In this document: positions 14,001 through 25,671 of the stretch, piece after piece
How the letters are laid out: every line of letters begins with the position of its first letter
Position numbering within the stretch: the first letter of the stretch is position 1
DNA from: Sphagnum compactum
Taxonomy: Eukaryota
NCBI GenBank assembly: GCA_965153455.1
Contig: OZ234493.1
Location: 8,484,213-8,548,212 of the forward strand
Length of the DNA stretch: 64,000 bases
Direction of reading: 5' to 3'
Position numbers and translations under genes: made by a program
The notes under the pieces: model-generated
What the model was told of the DNA's origin: nothing
The model's input: only the letters and a program-made list of their open reading frames with translations
Database searches by the model: none

Positions 14001-15290
14001 AACATAACAAAATAATCTTCCAAAACACAACTATCGGTGAAATGTTTACATTTTAGCACAAGATATATTTTAGCACATGTCCTCATTTGAACTTCTCAAT
14101 GATACCAAATCAAACAATAGGCCTTCATTACGAATTATTAGTGAATAAAAAATGTTAATAGAATTATGTGTTGGACATTATGCAACATTTCATGGTCTTG
14201 TAAATGGTGTAGACAATATTTTTAAAAAAAAATCCAAGAACTTATTCTAAATCATATATGTGGATAGATTTCCAAAACCTTCAAATTGGGGTTAACATTA
14301 GATTAGAATATGCACAATTATATGAAAATTGATGAAATAAAAATAGGTAGTAATCCTTTTCATGTAATCACAAGAATCCAATTTCCCATCCATTTATTTG
14401 CAAGATGCACAATACATTGTGCACAAGGTTTAACTCTTAATCAACTAGCATTTAATCCAATTGGTGTAACAAAACATGGTTTGACATACACAACATTATT
14501 TTGAATTCATTATCACGCTAAACTTTTATGTAGATTTTGTAAAAAAGAAATGTTGTCCACAAAGATTGCAAAATACAAATTATCCATTGCGTGTTTGAAT
14601 TTTTATTATGAAAAATTCATTGTTTTACAATCTCTCAACCTTCATTCTTTAAATTTGCATTTTCAGGATATACTTGCGTATTCAAATTTAATTTTATCAC
14701 ATTCTTTGTTTAAATGAAACAATAGTTCAATTTTTTTTGCAAACAATGAGATGTACAATGCAATATCAAACAAATTTAACATTTTATCATGTTATGATCA
14801 ACATGGAACAACAATAATTTATGATGATATGGTTTCTTTATCAAATATAAACTTGATAACAAATTTGGGTGTAAAACTCATCCTTGCAACTTTTAATAAA
14901 GATAAGTGAGAAGCCTGACATGTAATTGTAGTTTCTAAGCTACCGAAAATGCAAGCCAATTATTTTATTTCTATTCTAAACACTATACTAAAAAAAAACA
15001 CTTACAAATTGTCCAACTTTAATAATTGGTGATTTCAATATAGATATGTTAATAAACACATCATAATCAACAACATTACAACACTTTCATGAACATATCC
15101 AATATCAAAATTGTATTGCACGAAAATACTACAATTTATAATACACAATTAAACCATATATGGACTAATGCACTGATACAACAATGCCACTTCAGACTAA
15201 CGTAAGCTCATTGTACAAATCACAAACCAATTCATTTTGCATTCAAATTACCAAATTATGTTCCCCATTTTACAATCCCATCAAAGTAAA
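11090..15290 (+). mobile_element. Decayed autonomous Helitron/Helentron-type element: Rep + PIF1 helicase + AP-type endonuclease
   Basis: Rep: CRFQYPKPPMKLTKILSPL (~12060), NAFLNAQQMS-like (~12530). Helicase: MGKTFTL, GTTIHSMFTIP, IINEIFLVG..MGGLYIIMSSDF, RIQFPIHLFARCTIHCAQGLTL. Endonuclease: LIIGDFNIDML, QLNHIWTN, NHKPIHFAFKLP. Many stops and frameshifts. Confidence 0.85.
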
Positions 15291-16639
15291 ATCATTTCTA
15301 TTATTATTAAAAAGGTAGGGCCTGCATGTTTTTTGTGATGCCTTGTTCACGTATGTCATTTGAATATTTTTGTGCACACATCAAGTCTTTGTCTATTTTT
15401 CATGTGTAGTTAGACTTATGTTCGGGCTTATAGTCTTATACTTTGGCGCTGCACTCGTCACCATATTGGACAAAACCATCATTTTTTGGGCTTGTGATAG
15501 TTTTGTGTTTGTGACGTTATGTGTTCATGGGCTTGAAACCATTTGATTGAAAACTCGTGATTGATTAATCAAACTTGGAAACTTTGTTATGAGGATCTGA
15601 TTATGAACGAATAGGGAACATGTCACATGGATACGATTATTTAAACATTAAATATGATTATTTAGTTATTAAAAACTTGCATGAAGCCTATGGAGGTTTC
15701 TGTTTCAACTTATATCAATGAACTACACCAATACCATAGAACAAGCATAGTAGACGCACTGCTCATTGAAGGTATAAATCACTAATGTATATTTCACGTT
15801 TAAATCACCAAGTATATTTCCATTACATCACAAACATGTACATGCATCTTGTTGAGTGAAAGTGGAATTCAAATCATCATTTAATTAACTATGGAAAGAA
15901 AAATTCTTGGAAGAACCAAGGTATCAAGGCTCCGAATAATATGCACAGCACTTTGAAGCTAACAATGAGTGCAGTCACAAAAGTGTCAGACATTCATGTT
16001 CATCATAAATACAGGTGACAAGCTGCCATGAGTAACTAACTACCCACTACGATAATCAGCTCCCAATAGTGCTTGCAAATACCTACATAAAACTCTACCC
16101 AAAATTTTAGGCAAACCATTACCCAAAACCTCCCTCTTATTTTTATGTCAAATTTCTAAAAGGAAAGCATGTGTCCATGGTATCTTCATTAATGTTGCAA
16201 CAAGCTTGTAAAGATAACCTCTATTTTATTTTGGCTTGTCTTGTTATAAACCAATGCAAGCAAGCATCTAAGCTTCAGGCCTAGCGAGGTGTACATAGAG
16301 GGTAGTGGTGGGCCCTCCTGCATCTAAAACTACAAAAGGTTATAGCTGACCATTCACAAACCAATACAACCTAATCCAAAAACCGACCTCATACAAAAAT
16401 GCAATATTTGTATGAGTACCTTGGAAATTCATTGCATATGTCAATGAGATAAAGTAATCAGTGGAAATGTGAGAATTGTAACCCATACATTGTGACAAGC
16501 TTTTGCCATGGTACTCATGTGTAGCACAAAATACAAGCATTGCTGTTGCTCAACTCCATAAGCACACTACAAACCTAATCGCACTTGGTCTATCCCAATG
16601 TCAATATGCGATGGAAGGGGAAATGTCTTCTTGTACAAC

Positions 16640-19600
16640 TCACAATTCAAGGGGAGCCAACAAGGGATTCATATTTAGTACCTCTGAATCTTGGTGGGCT
16701 ACTTGTGAATCCACAAGTTTAATCTCTTTAGGGGTCAATGCACTTGAGAAAAGGGCTTGCATTGCATTCATGTTGCCATGACCTACTGGAACCCTTGCAA
16801 TAGTCCTTGATGCCTCATTGTTGGTGGAACTTGAACTAATCATTGTCAAGGGCACAGGCTCTTGTACTGGAAAATTGGTCCCAACATCCACTTCAACATT
16901 TGATGGGTCCACAAGGTGACCATCTTGCAAAACATTTTTAGTGTCATTAACACCCAATAGTTCCCCAAGGCGATGATGTTCCTCTAAGACAACAATGTTG
17001 TCAGCTCCACAACACGATGGGCACATCTTACACTTCACAAAACATCGCTTATGAAATGGCACGTGACAGTATACACACCTTATGATATTATCCTCCTGCA
17101 AACCATAAAGACAACAATCTCATGAGCACATACTAACAAGTATTCACATTTCTCCCAAACTAGCTATAATGCATCTAGGCCTTCTTGATCTCTAATGTTT
17201 TACAACCTTAAGCAGGGAGGTAACAGTGTAGTGATAGGGAATTTAAACCTTTTTTTCCCCCTCTGTACCTTTTACTAAGCATTGACTGCTCTATAAGGTG
17301 GAAAGTGAACTGGAATCTATGACAACTCATTTCTGAGTACGGATTTGGACATGATGGAGCAAAAGTGGACCACCCATTACAGCTCTGAAGAGAACGTGGG
17401 AAGTCTTCAGTTGCCTGTATGGTCTCAAGTTTTTGAGGCCTCATGCTATTGTAACATTTAGTCATTTTGGCTCATTTTGCTATTGGCTAGCTTGAGTCAA
17501 AGTTCTCTCCTTGTTTCTTCTTCTCATGAAGGGTGCATACCATTCTAGACATCCTTTTGGGAGTGAGTCTTTTCAATCAGAGTGGAAAACTGTACTTGGA
17601 ATGGGAATATGAAATCATCAGGGTCATTGCACAACTCCACTGCAGCACAGCGCTCCCCTGATTTCTGACAGAAAGTCAAGTCTCGCTTTATGTGCACAGA
17701 AACTTTCTCCAAAAGTGACTGCATGTACTCTGGTAGAACTGTCATGTGTCCAACCCACAAGCACAGATTCTGTGGAAAATCAAAACCTTACAGGTCTAAA
17801 CTCTCTCTCCCACCTATTGCATGGCTGGGCTAGCAAGATAGAAAACCAGGGAAACCCTCACATTTACTGAAATGATAACAACAATCACCTGCCTATTCCA
17901 TGGGATTCCAAGTCTTATATGTCAACAGTGGTGATGAGCAATCTTTAATTCTGAAATGAGCCCCATGCCTTCCATTGTGAAAAAAAGTTGAGAGAGAAAT
18001 TGGTTGCAACTACCAAATGTGTCATCAGACCAGATGAAAGTTTGCAATGATACCAGCAAAGGCGCCTTTGGAAAGGTCAACAAGGTCTCGTAGAGCAAAG
18101 AAGTCATTGTTCTCGAGAAGGTAACTACAAGAGGTGGCAGTAGCCTGGATCCGTTGGAGTGCAGGGTAGCCAATGCAGGCCACCATCTTGCTCAGTCGTC
18201 CTCTCATCTCACGAACATGTGCCAAAATTGGAACTCTGGAGTACAGGTATGGATTCACTGCACTCACACACAACATTGGCTGACCCCAAACCCCCCAACC
18301 CGCCCACCCAACCATTCCCTCCTCTCAATTCAATATGCATGAAGATTTGTAGAGCCTTGCATGGGGTTTGCAGCATCTGAACCTACACTGCAAGATGAGT
18401 GCTGAATTGCATCCGAACAAGATGGAACAGGGAGGTACCTGATTGTAGATGGAGTCAAGGTATGCCTTTGCAAGCTGTGAAACCTTGTGAGGGGTGAAAT
18501 CCCAGAAGTGCAAAACATGTGCAGGTATAACTGCAGTTTCATTCAAATGGCAAGTTGAACAATAAAGTTGGCCACTGTATTCGCACCAACGTGGCTCACC
18601 TAACCCAAAGCTTTGAACCAGGCTTGATACCAGGCCTATGGGGATTTCAAGATGCATGTGGCAACCAGCACACATGTGTTGTTGAGCACGAAGTTGCTGC
18701 TTAAGTGCTCTCTTCTTGTGAACCTGTAGTATGAGCCTAATGGATGACCCCAGAACAGGCTTCATCACTGGTTCAAGAATATCTGACCTTGGTGAATCCT
18801 GATGCTCAGCATAATTAGCCCCAAAATCCTCCAATGGGAAGTGAGATCCACCCACTTCATCCTCCAAATCTGAAGAACGTGCGTTTGCAGGTGTTCTAGT
18901 GTTGCCAGGAGGGGGAATGGAATATCCTGTGGGGAAAAGAAATCTTAAGAGTGGAGCAGCATTGTTCAAAGGGGGACCTGCTTGAAGAAGAGACTGCAAA
19001 CAGGCGTGAATCAATGCACTCCGGACCTCAACAACATTAGGCGAAGTGTGGCCAAACAGTTTCCAGGACTCAGATTGCACTTTCTCCCAGCAAGCTGGGA
19101 GGGCTATTTCTGCCTGCGATGAGAACCTGCGGCTCAATTGCTGGTGTAAGGCAACAAATTCTCTATACCGTCGTTCTACTTCCCATTCCTTTCCATCTAT
19201 CCCTCTGACAAGTATCCGATACACTGTGTGGTCTTGGATGCCCACCACCCTATCTCCAAATGAAGCTCCCCCTTGTTGTTGATGAGCCCCCACAACTTCA
19301 GCCCACAAAACCTCAACAGATTGGCTCCCCGACAATTGAAAGGGTCTCAAATCTGAACCCTGAACTCTTCCTGACATTGAAGCAGTTAGGCTCCCATCTC
19401 GCTCAAGGGGATGGGGATGGAGATGGAAAGGTTTTCCAACTTCAAAGACTTGATGCCCACTACCATGAGTATCAAAGAGCACATCCTCCATATCTGGAAC
19501 TATGTCCATATAGGTCTCAATCACGTTTGATTTCTCCATGGACCTTGCAAGCTGGTCATGCACAAATGTTAAAACAGTAAGATATCAAGAGGGCTTCCCA

Positions 19601-21920
19601 ACCCGAAAGATCAGCTGTAGTTCCACATACCATATTCTACAATTTTTGCATAGTCCCTTGTTTATGGAGTCATATGCAACAGCATGATATAAATGTTCCT
19701 GTTTGAGAAATGAGATAATGAAAAATGCTAACTAGAACAGTGACCAATAAGATGAACTTCCAAGCAAATGCTTGAGATGCTCTGACACTCACTCCAGAAA
19801 TCAATTTCCAGAACAGATACTTGCAATATGACGAATATGACTACATCTTACAACCCCAACTCTTTTTTGCTCTAGAAAGTCTTGGCCAAAGAGTTCACCT
19901 CATCAGTCTCTAAAGGCTGAGTTCTCTGAGATAATTCCTTCTTGCCAACAGCTGCATCATTTCCTCCTTTCCCCAACATCTTCAGGGGGAATTGGAGAGC
20001 CCTCCCCAACTTTGTAAGGTCCAGTTGCAAAAGCTCTTCTGCATGCCTGGAGCTTAAGCGCATAACAGACCCCCGCTTATGACCAACCTCCCCAACAGCT
20101 CTGGTAGGGGGCACAACTTCTTCCTCTGTGAAACTGCCCATGATACTTGATCCAACAACTTCCATCTCCAATCCTGATTTTGCAGCAATGTTTTGAGAAC
20201 CACTTCCATCAATAGACTTGGAGACGATTGCTCCCAGTGCAATTCCTGGTCCATCTGTCATGGATAGATCTCTCAACTCACATCCTTGGCCACTTGATTC
20301 ATGTTGACTGCCAGTCAGTTTCTGAGTTGTTGGCTCTTTCTCTTTGATTCCAGATTCTATTTGGTTGAATTCACTGAAGGAGCTAACTGTCAAGAGCCCA
20401 TCTTTTCTGACGCTTGATGACTCATCTGTAACAGAATCCTTGCAGGACTCTAAGGTTCCAGCCAGGGAAAAATCCTGGTCCCCTAAGGATGACTTTCCCA
20501 TGGTGAACCGAGTTCCAGAAAATGCATGAGCATCTGTGTCACCACCATGTTCCTCTGGGTCAGGTCTCTTGCTCCCACTCCACAGACTGTGAGGTGTTCC
20601 AGAATTCTGATCTGGTGATGAAATGGGACTCAATGATGCAGATTGAGTTGTTTCATTTTGATCCAAATGTGCTTTGAACATATTGTCCTGACCAGATTCA
20701 CCATCCTCGTCAAGCTCAACTCTGCTGGTTCCCCAAATGTCTTCGGTCATGAAACTATCTCCAGTAGATCTCTGCAGTTTTGAAGGTCCTGCCCTGATAC
20801 TCTCTTGATCAGCACCCACCAGTCGAGTTTCTTGGAGGTGAAGCAGATTCTTAGACAAAGTTTTTTCTGTAGTCAAGTCATCAACTGTGTTACTGAAACT
20901 TTCCAAGCCCTCCCCATTCTCATGAACAAAATTTTCCCAGTCATCACCACCAAATGCAAGCTCTGAAACAGCATTCTGAATCAGCCATTGGTGGTTAGTG
21001 GCACTATCTACTGGATTTTTCCCATCAAAGCAGACATGCTCATCCTCTTCCATATCAACCCCAAACATTGAAGAATGCTCAGAAAAGTCCTCATTGTCAC
21101 AAATTGCATTCTCTGGATCAAAATTGACCAGATCTGTGCCTTCAGTTAGTACACCAAGGGTTGTCATGTCTGTCTTATCTTTGTCTTGAGAAGAACCAGC
21201 ATCAAAACCCCTGTTCCCTGAAACCCTAATCTCTTCCTGGAAAGCAGGGCTGTTTTGTTCAGGAGAACTACAAGAGCTCTCAATTGGAGAAAGGACATCT
21301 AGTACAGCTTCAACTTTATGCTCCTCCATAACAAAATGAGATAACTTTGGATCACTGAGGTCAAGATCTACATCCATGGAGAGGTTCATATCGACTGCAT
21401 TCAGTGCCAATGCAATGGAAAGAAATTCATCAACTGTGTCGTCCCTTTGAAGCAAAGCCCATGGTTGATACCACTGCTGAAGGACTTGTTGGTGCTGCAC
21501 TATAAGCTTTAGCCGAGCCCCAAGGAGTCTGGTATTTAAAGACTGTCGGATCCACAGCCGAAACTTTCCATGAGCACTTGTAGCCCACTTTAGGTCACGG
21601 ATAGGCTGAAGTCCCAGAGAGCCCCAGAAAATTTCGCTTCCTTGCACAGGGTCAAAGGGCAGTTGCTGCTCAATACTTTCCAGCAAGCCAAAGAAGGAGG
21701 GCGGTGTCTTGCTCGACCTCCATGCTGCAAATCTTGATCTCGGAAGCTTCAGACCATGCACTAGTGCCTGTTCAAGCAGAGTGCAGAGGCATGCAACTGC
21801 ACCAACAGAATTCTCCAATGCCTCTCCCCCTGATTTCACAGACTCTGCCAATACTAGCTTCAATGCTTTCTTCAGCTCTTGCATCATTTCATTGCCCATC
21901 TCCATTTCCAAGGCGGCCAT
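16640..21920 (-). CDS. RUN + PX + Rubicon-homology (zf-RING_9/DUF4206) domain protein, PLEKHM/Rubicon-like, ~1319 aa, 5 coding exons
   Basis: Predicted exons (minus): 21920-19899, 19551-18439, 18279-18054, 17738-17596, 17095-16640. All introns are GT-AG and phase-compatible; the ATG has AAAAATGGC context. RUN motifs: LCTLLEQALVHGLK, GKFRLWIRQSLN, WYQPWALL. PX motif: TVYRILVR..WEVERRYREFVALHQQL. RH motifs: CAGC..CEYSGQLYCSTCH..IPAHVLHFWDF..VS..AK..IFPFQ..RCVYCHVPFHKRC..CPSC. Confidence 0.9.
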
Positions 21921-22070
21921 TTTTTCACCTTCTTCTGGCAACCTCGTGTCCACATTAATATCCTCCCAAGTTCAAGCCTAAATTCTTCAGATCCTTACTG
22001 GAATTTGAGTTTGCATAAGAACATTACCAATGAAGGCGAGGAGTTTATAGAGGAATCTTGGTGTACAAAT

Positions 22071-23238
22071 CTGCACTAGTAAAAAAGAGGAGAAGTGTTG
22101 GAAGCAAAGAGTGAGTGTAAAGCTAAACTTGGCAGTAGAGATTAAAGAAATCCATCCAAAAAGGGTTGCACATTTTAATACCAAAAAACAGGTCCAAATT
22201 AAGTACTCTAGAGGAAACTGCTCTTCTATTCACTGCAGTTTTTAACATTGGGTTGTGCCAAATCCCAGGAGCAAGGAGACACATAGGAGACTACTTATAT
22301 AACAGTAATCTGCCACCCTTGAACAGATTCAAACACTAATGGGTCAGATGTCTAGTATGATATGGCAAACCCATCTCATTTTATTCTCAAATTAGGGTTC
22401 TTGTTGCATGGGTTAAAATCAGCTCAAACCCTGACATCAACATCATATGAAACATTAAGGTTCAAGGGCCAACACACTAAAGCTGTAGTTGGGATGGGGC
22501 AGGAAAGCTTTCTGACCGACTTGGGTACACTAGAGAAAGGGTTTTTTACAACACAAAAAAGTTGGATCTCATAGCCTCAAATTAGGGATCTTGTTGGATG
22601 GCTAAAACCAGCTCCTTGTACCCTGACAACAACATCATATGAAACATTCAGGTTCAAGGCTCAACACAGTAAAGCTGTAGTAGTTGGAACGGCGTTGGAA
22701 ACCTTTCTGAATGACTTGGGTACACTAGAGAAGGCTATTTTTACAACATAAAAAAAGTTGGGTCTCAAAGTCTCAAGTTAGAATTCTCGTTGATCATGGC
22801 TTAAATCAGCTCCTAAAACAACATCACATGAAACATTCAGGTTCAAGGACTCAACACAGTAAAGCTGTAGTTGGAATGGGGTAGGAAAGCTTTCTGAATG
22901 ACTTGGGTACGCCAGAGAAGGCATTTTTAAAGACACAAAAAAGCTGTATGCAAAACTTCAAACGATTACATGAAAGAATTCTTTCACCGCCGTCTGAGCA
23001 TCATCGAGATTCCTAAGTACATCTGAATTGGGAAGAAGTTGGAAGGGACTTGAGAGTGAGTGATATTTGCTCTGGATGCTGCAAATTCCCCAACCCTCAT
23101 CAGACCTAATAATTTTGAAACCCTAACAACATTGTCAGAACTGAAGCATGCTTCATTTGGCGTTGCCTTGAGAAGGTATGAAGAAGAGCAAATTTATGAG
23201 AGAAAACTTACAAAACGTATGCTGATGAAAGTACTTAC
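22071..23238 (-). other. Predicted 5'-UTR intron of the RUN-PX-RH gene, with a non-coding first exon upstream of 23239
   Basis: Strong donor GG|GTAAGT at 23238 and acceptor TTTTTTACTAGTGCAG| at 22071. No long ORF continues the coding frame upstream of the 21920 ATG. Confidence 0.6.
22386..22945. repeat. Three tandem ~190-bp repeats in the 5'-UTR intron
   Basis: Units start at 22386, 22576 and 22772 and share CTCAA.TTAG, CATCA.ATGAAACATT.AGGTTCAAGG, AAAGCTGTAG and GACTTGGGTAC. Confidence 0.9.
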
Positions 23239-23619
23239 CCTTCTGCAAGTACAAATCGACCTAGACTGGGAGTTTTCTTGCATTATTGTCGTCCTGCCGT
23301 GATTTTTTGAATCTCTGTTGGACTACACGGAATCAAATTGCGTTGAAACTCCAAACAATCTTCATGAAAATAGCTCAATAAAAACCACCCCGAGTGCAGC
23401 AGATCAATTTTTTTTAAAAATCCGCCACTACCGGTATACTTTCCGATCTTCTCATCTCCCAAAATGGAAAAAAAAAAAAAAACTCACTCTTCAATCCGGA
23501 ACCACCACCACCACCACCACCACCACCACCCCCTAAGGAAAGAATCCTTGGAGTTTCTCCTCCGGCCGGCCTTCGAAACCAAACCAACAAATGAAATCCT
23601 TGGAGAAATTTCCTTGTGC

Positions 23620-24105
23620 ATTTGGAGTGCACTTTAATATTCTTGAATATATATATATATATATATATGTACATAATAGAGTTTTCCTCAAAGTCACCTT
23701 GTCTTCACCCTGTCTTTGGGGCCTCCTTTCACCCCCTATCCCCTCTTTGATCTTTGAGAGAGGTCGGCAAAGTAAGGAAATTTTTAATAAATCTGGGTAT
23801 GAAATCAGCATTTAATGCACCAGGTTTGAGGTAATTATAGTAGTCGTACAGGCAGGAGCAGTGAAAATATATGTAGTAGGAGTAGTGGAGAAGAGCCCAG
23901 GAAAAAGGAAAGAGGGGGGTCAAAACATGCTTAAACTGAGTTTACCACCAAAAATAAAATGGGGCATTTCTGAGTTTGCCCCCCACCCTTGGATGCTAAT
24001 GTACTTTTTTGCACTTTTTTGCAGGTTTTTTCTTAATCTCACCTGGCTTTGGACCAAACTCAGGGTTCTGGTGCTGGTTTTCCTGTCTTTATCGAAAACT
24101 CTAAT
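23620..24105 (-). repeat. Conserved non-coding element, copy B, just upstream of the RUN-PX-RH gene
   Basis: The reverse complement is colinear with 35045-35460 along its length (GAACCCTGAGTTT, TTTTGGTGGTAAACT, CATATATTTTCACTGCTCC, GACTACTATAATTAC, GCATTAAATG, TTCCTTACTTTGC, AAAGAGGGGATAGGGG, AGGGTGAAGACA.GGTGACTTT). Confidence 0.88.
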
Positions 24106-24107
24106 CA

Positions 24108-24343
24108 TCATATATATTAATTTAGTAAGTTCGTCTGTCTGTGACGGGGGTTTTGGGGGGTGGGGGAGGGAGAGGCCGGTGAAGCAGCGAGTGACAGGGC
24201 TTGGTAATGGGGCGGGGGGGGCCAGCACGGGTGGGGGGGGGGCCAACACGAGCCCCTGGGCGAGGGGGGGCCAGCACGGGGCGGGAAGTTAATTATATAT
24301 AACAGGGGAACGGGGGGGGGGGGGATCAACAAGTTAAAGAATC
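24108..24343 (+). mobile_element. 5' half of a G-rich non-autonomous Helitron, split from its 3' half by an inversion
   Basis: Starts A|TCATATATATTAAT..GTCTGTCTGT, followed by G-runs with three copies of GGGGGGCCA(G/A)CACG. Confidence 0.5.
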
Positions 24344-24344
24344 G

Positions 24345-25350
24345 GACAATAACACCTTTCCTTTCCAACAAAACCTCAAGGCAACATGTGATCTTCTACC
24401 GCCCCCAACTTGTGCGTGTCTTCCTTTGTTTGAATAATATATCAGACAACAAATGGTTTGATTTCAAATTTTCATTTTGAAACATTTACACCATCATACC
24501 TTTTCCAACATGCTTTCCGATGAGATATCTAAAGCCCATCATGCCCAAATTTTATCATGTTCTGGCCTAAAGGCGAACATTTAGCTTACAATTTGAGTAA
24601 TCTTCTTCGTCGTTCGATTATTTTCTCTAGTTTTTTTCACAACGCTTCAAAGACGACTTGGACTACCCCATCCCTCAATTGCAGATATCTCTCAATGCGT
24701 GTGCACACATCTCATCAATCCTTTGTTGCCATTGTGTAAGATACTGGTTTTCACATGGGACAAGAACAATTCTTCTCATCGATGAATCGACATTGTGCTC
24801 ACTAAAGATGGCATTCACACTCTAACCAACATTATCATTGCCACCCAACGCAAGTGGATTTACTTCCTTGATCTTGCACAACTAAAAAATTTGATGCCTT
24901 TGATGCAGCTCAAGCCAAAGAAAGAAACTATTGCGATTGACACCCCATTGATCAATTCCTCCTTTTAGCAATTGACATATTTGGATGTTTACACAAATGG
25001 GCTAATGTGTTTTTACACAATTGTGCCAATGCCATTTGGAGTTTAAAAGGGCCGGAGGGCCGTGATCTTTCTGTTTTGATTACTTTTCTTTGTCAAAAAG
25101 TTTCAATCACATTGTAAAAGATGCAAACATCTTCCATTTTAAGTTGTGTGATAGCGGTAAACTTAACTACTTATCAACTTTCACCCCTTCAAAACACACC
25201 TCCCATCACCACGGCCGACCTATTGCAAACAATCGATTTTTGACATAAAGAAATATGGCCAACCTACTACTACAAATGGTTGGTTTTTGACATGGAGAGA
25301 TTTGACATCTAGTTTGAGCTAACTTTGACATCTTGTAACTTCGGCCTTTT
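24345..25350 (+). mobile_element. CRE-like retrotransposon 3' part (zinc-binding region + restriction-like endonuclease), in inverted position
   Basis: DNNTFPFQQNLKATCDLLPP, QRRLGLPHPSIADISQCVC, IDIVLTKDGIHTLTNIIIA, AAQAKERNY..DQFLLLAIDIFGCLH (RLE-type K..Y/F.P..E..G pattern). Confidence 0.7.
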
Positions 25351-25569
25351 CCTTTTTCTTATACCTTTGTGTAAATAAAGTTTTGCATGGTTTCATCAAT
25401 TGGTAGTTGAGTAAGGATACCAAATATCACTGCTTGGTTCTGCATCATTTCCCATTTGGCTTTCAACCACCACCTTGGTCCGCTCTTTTGGTATTTCCAC
25501 GTCCTTTGGTGTTGTGTTTTGTTTTTCAATAAAACTTTGACAGGTTTACATCATTAGCTTATACATATA

Positions 25570-25669
25570 CTAGTGTGAACCCGATGCATAATGCACCCGT
25601 CGAGCTCCCCCCGCCCGGTCCTTCCCATTGCCCACTCCGGTTCTTTACCCCGTCGACCCCCCTCCGTCC
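25570..25669 (-). mobile_element. Helitron 3' terminus (hairpin + CTAG|T), same family as the one ending at 1882
   Basis: The minus strand reads ACGGGTGCATTATGCATCGGGTTCACACTAG|T, 26/32 identical to 1852-1883. Confidence 0.7.
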
Positions 25670-25671
25670 TT

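Noticed and set aside
22386-22945. Intronic C/D snoRNA cluster
   Set aside because: The best C-like and D-like boxes are imperfect and only ~30 nt apart, with no terminal stems.
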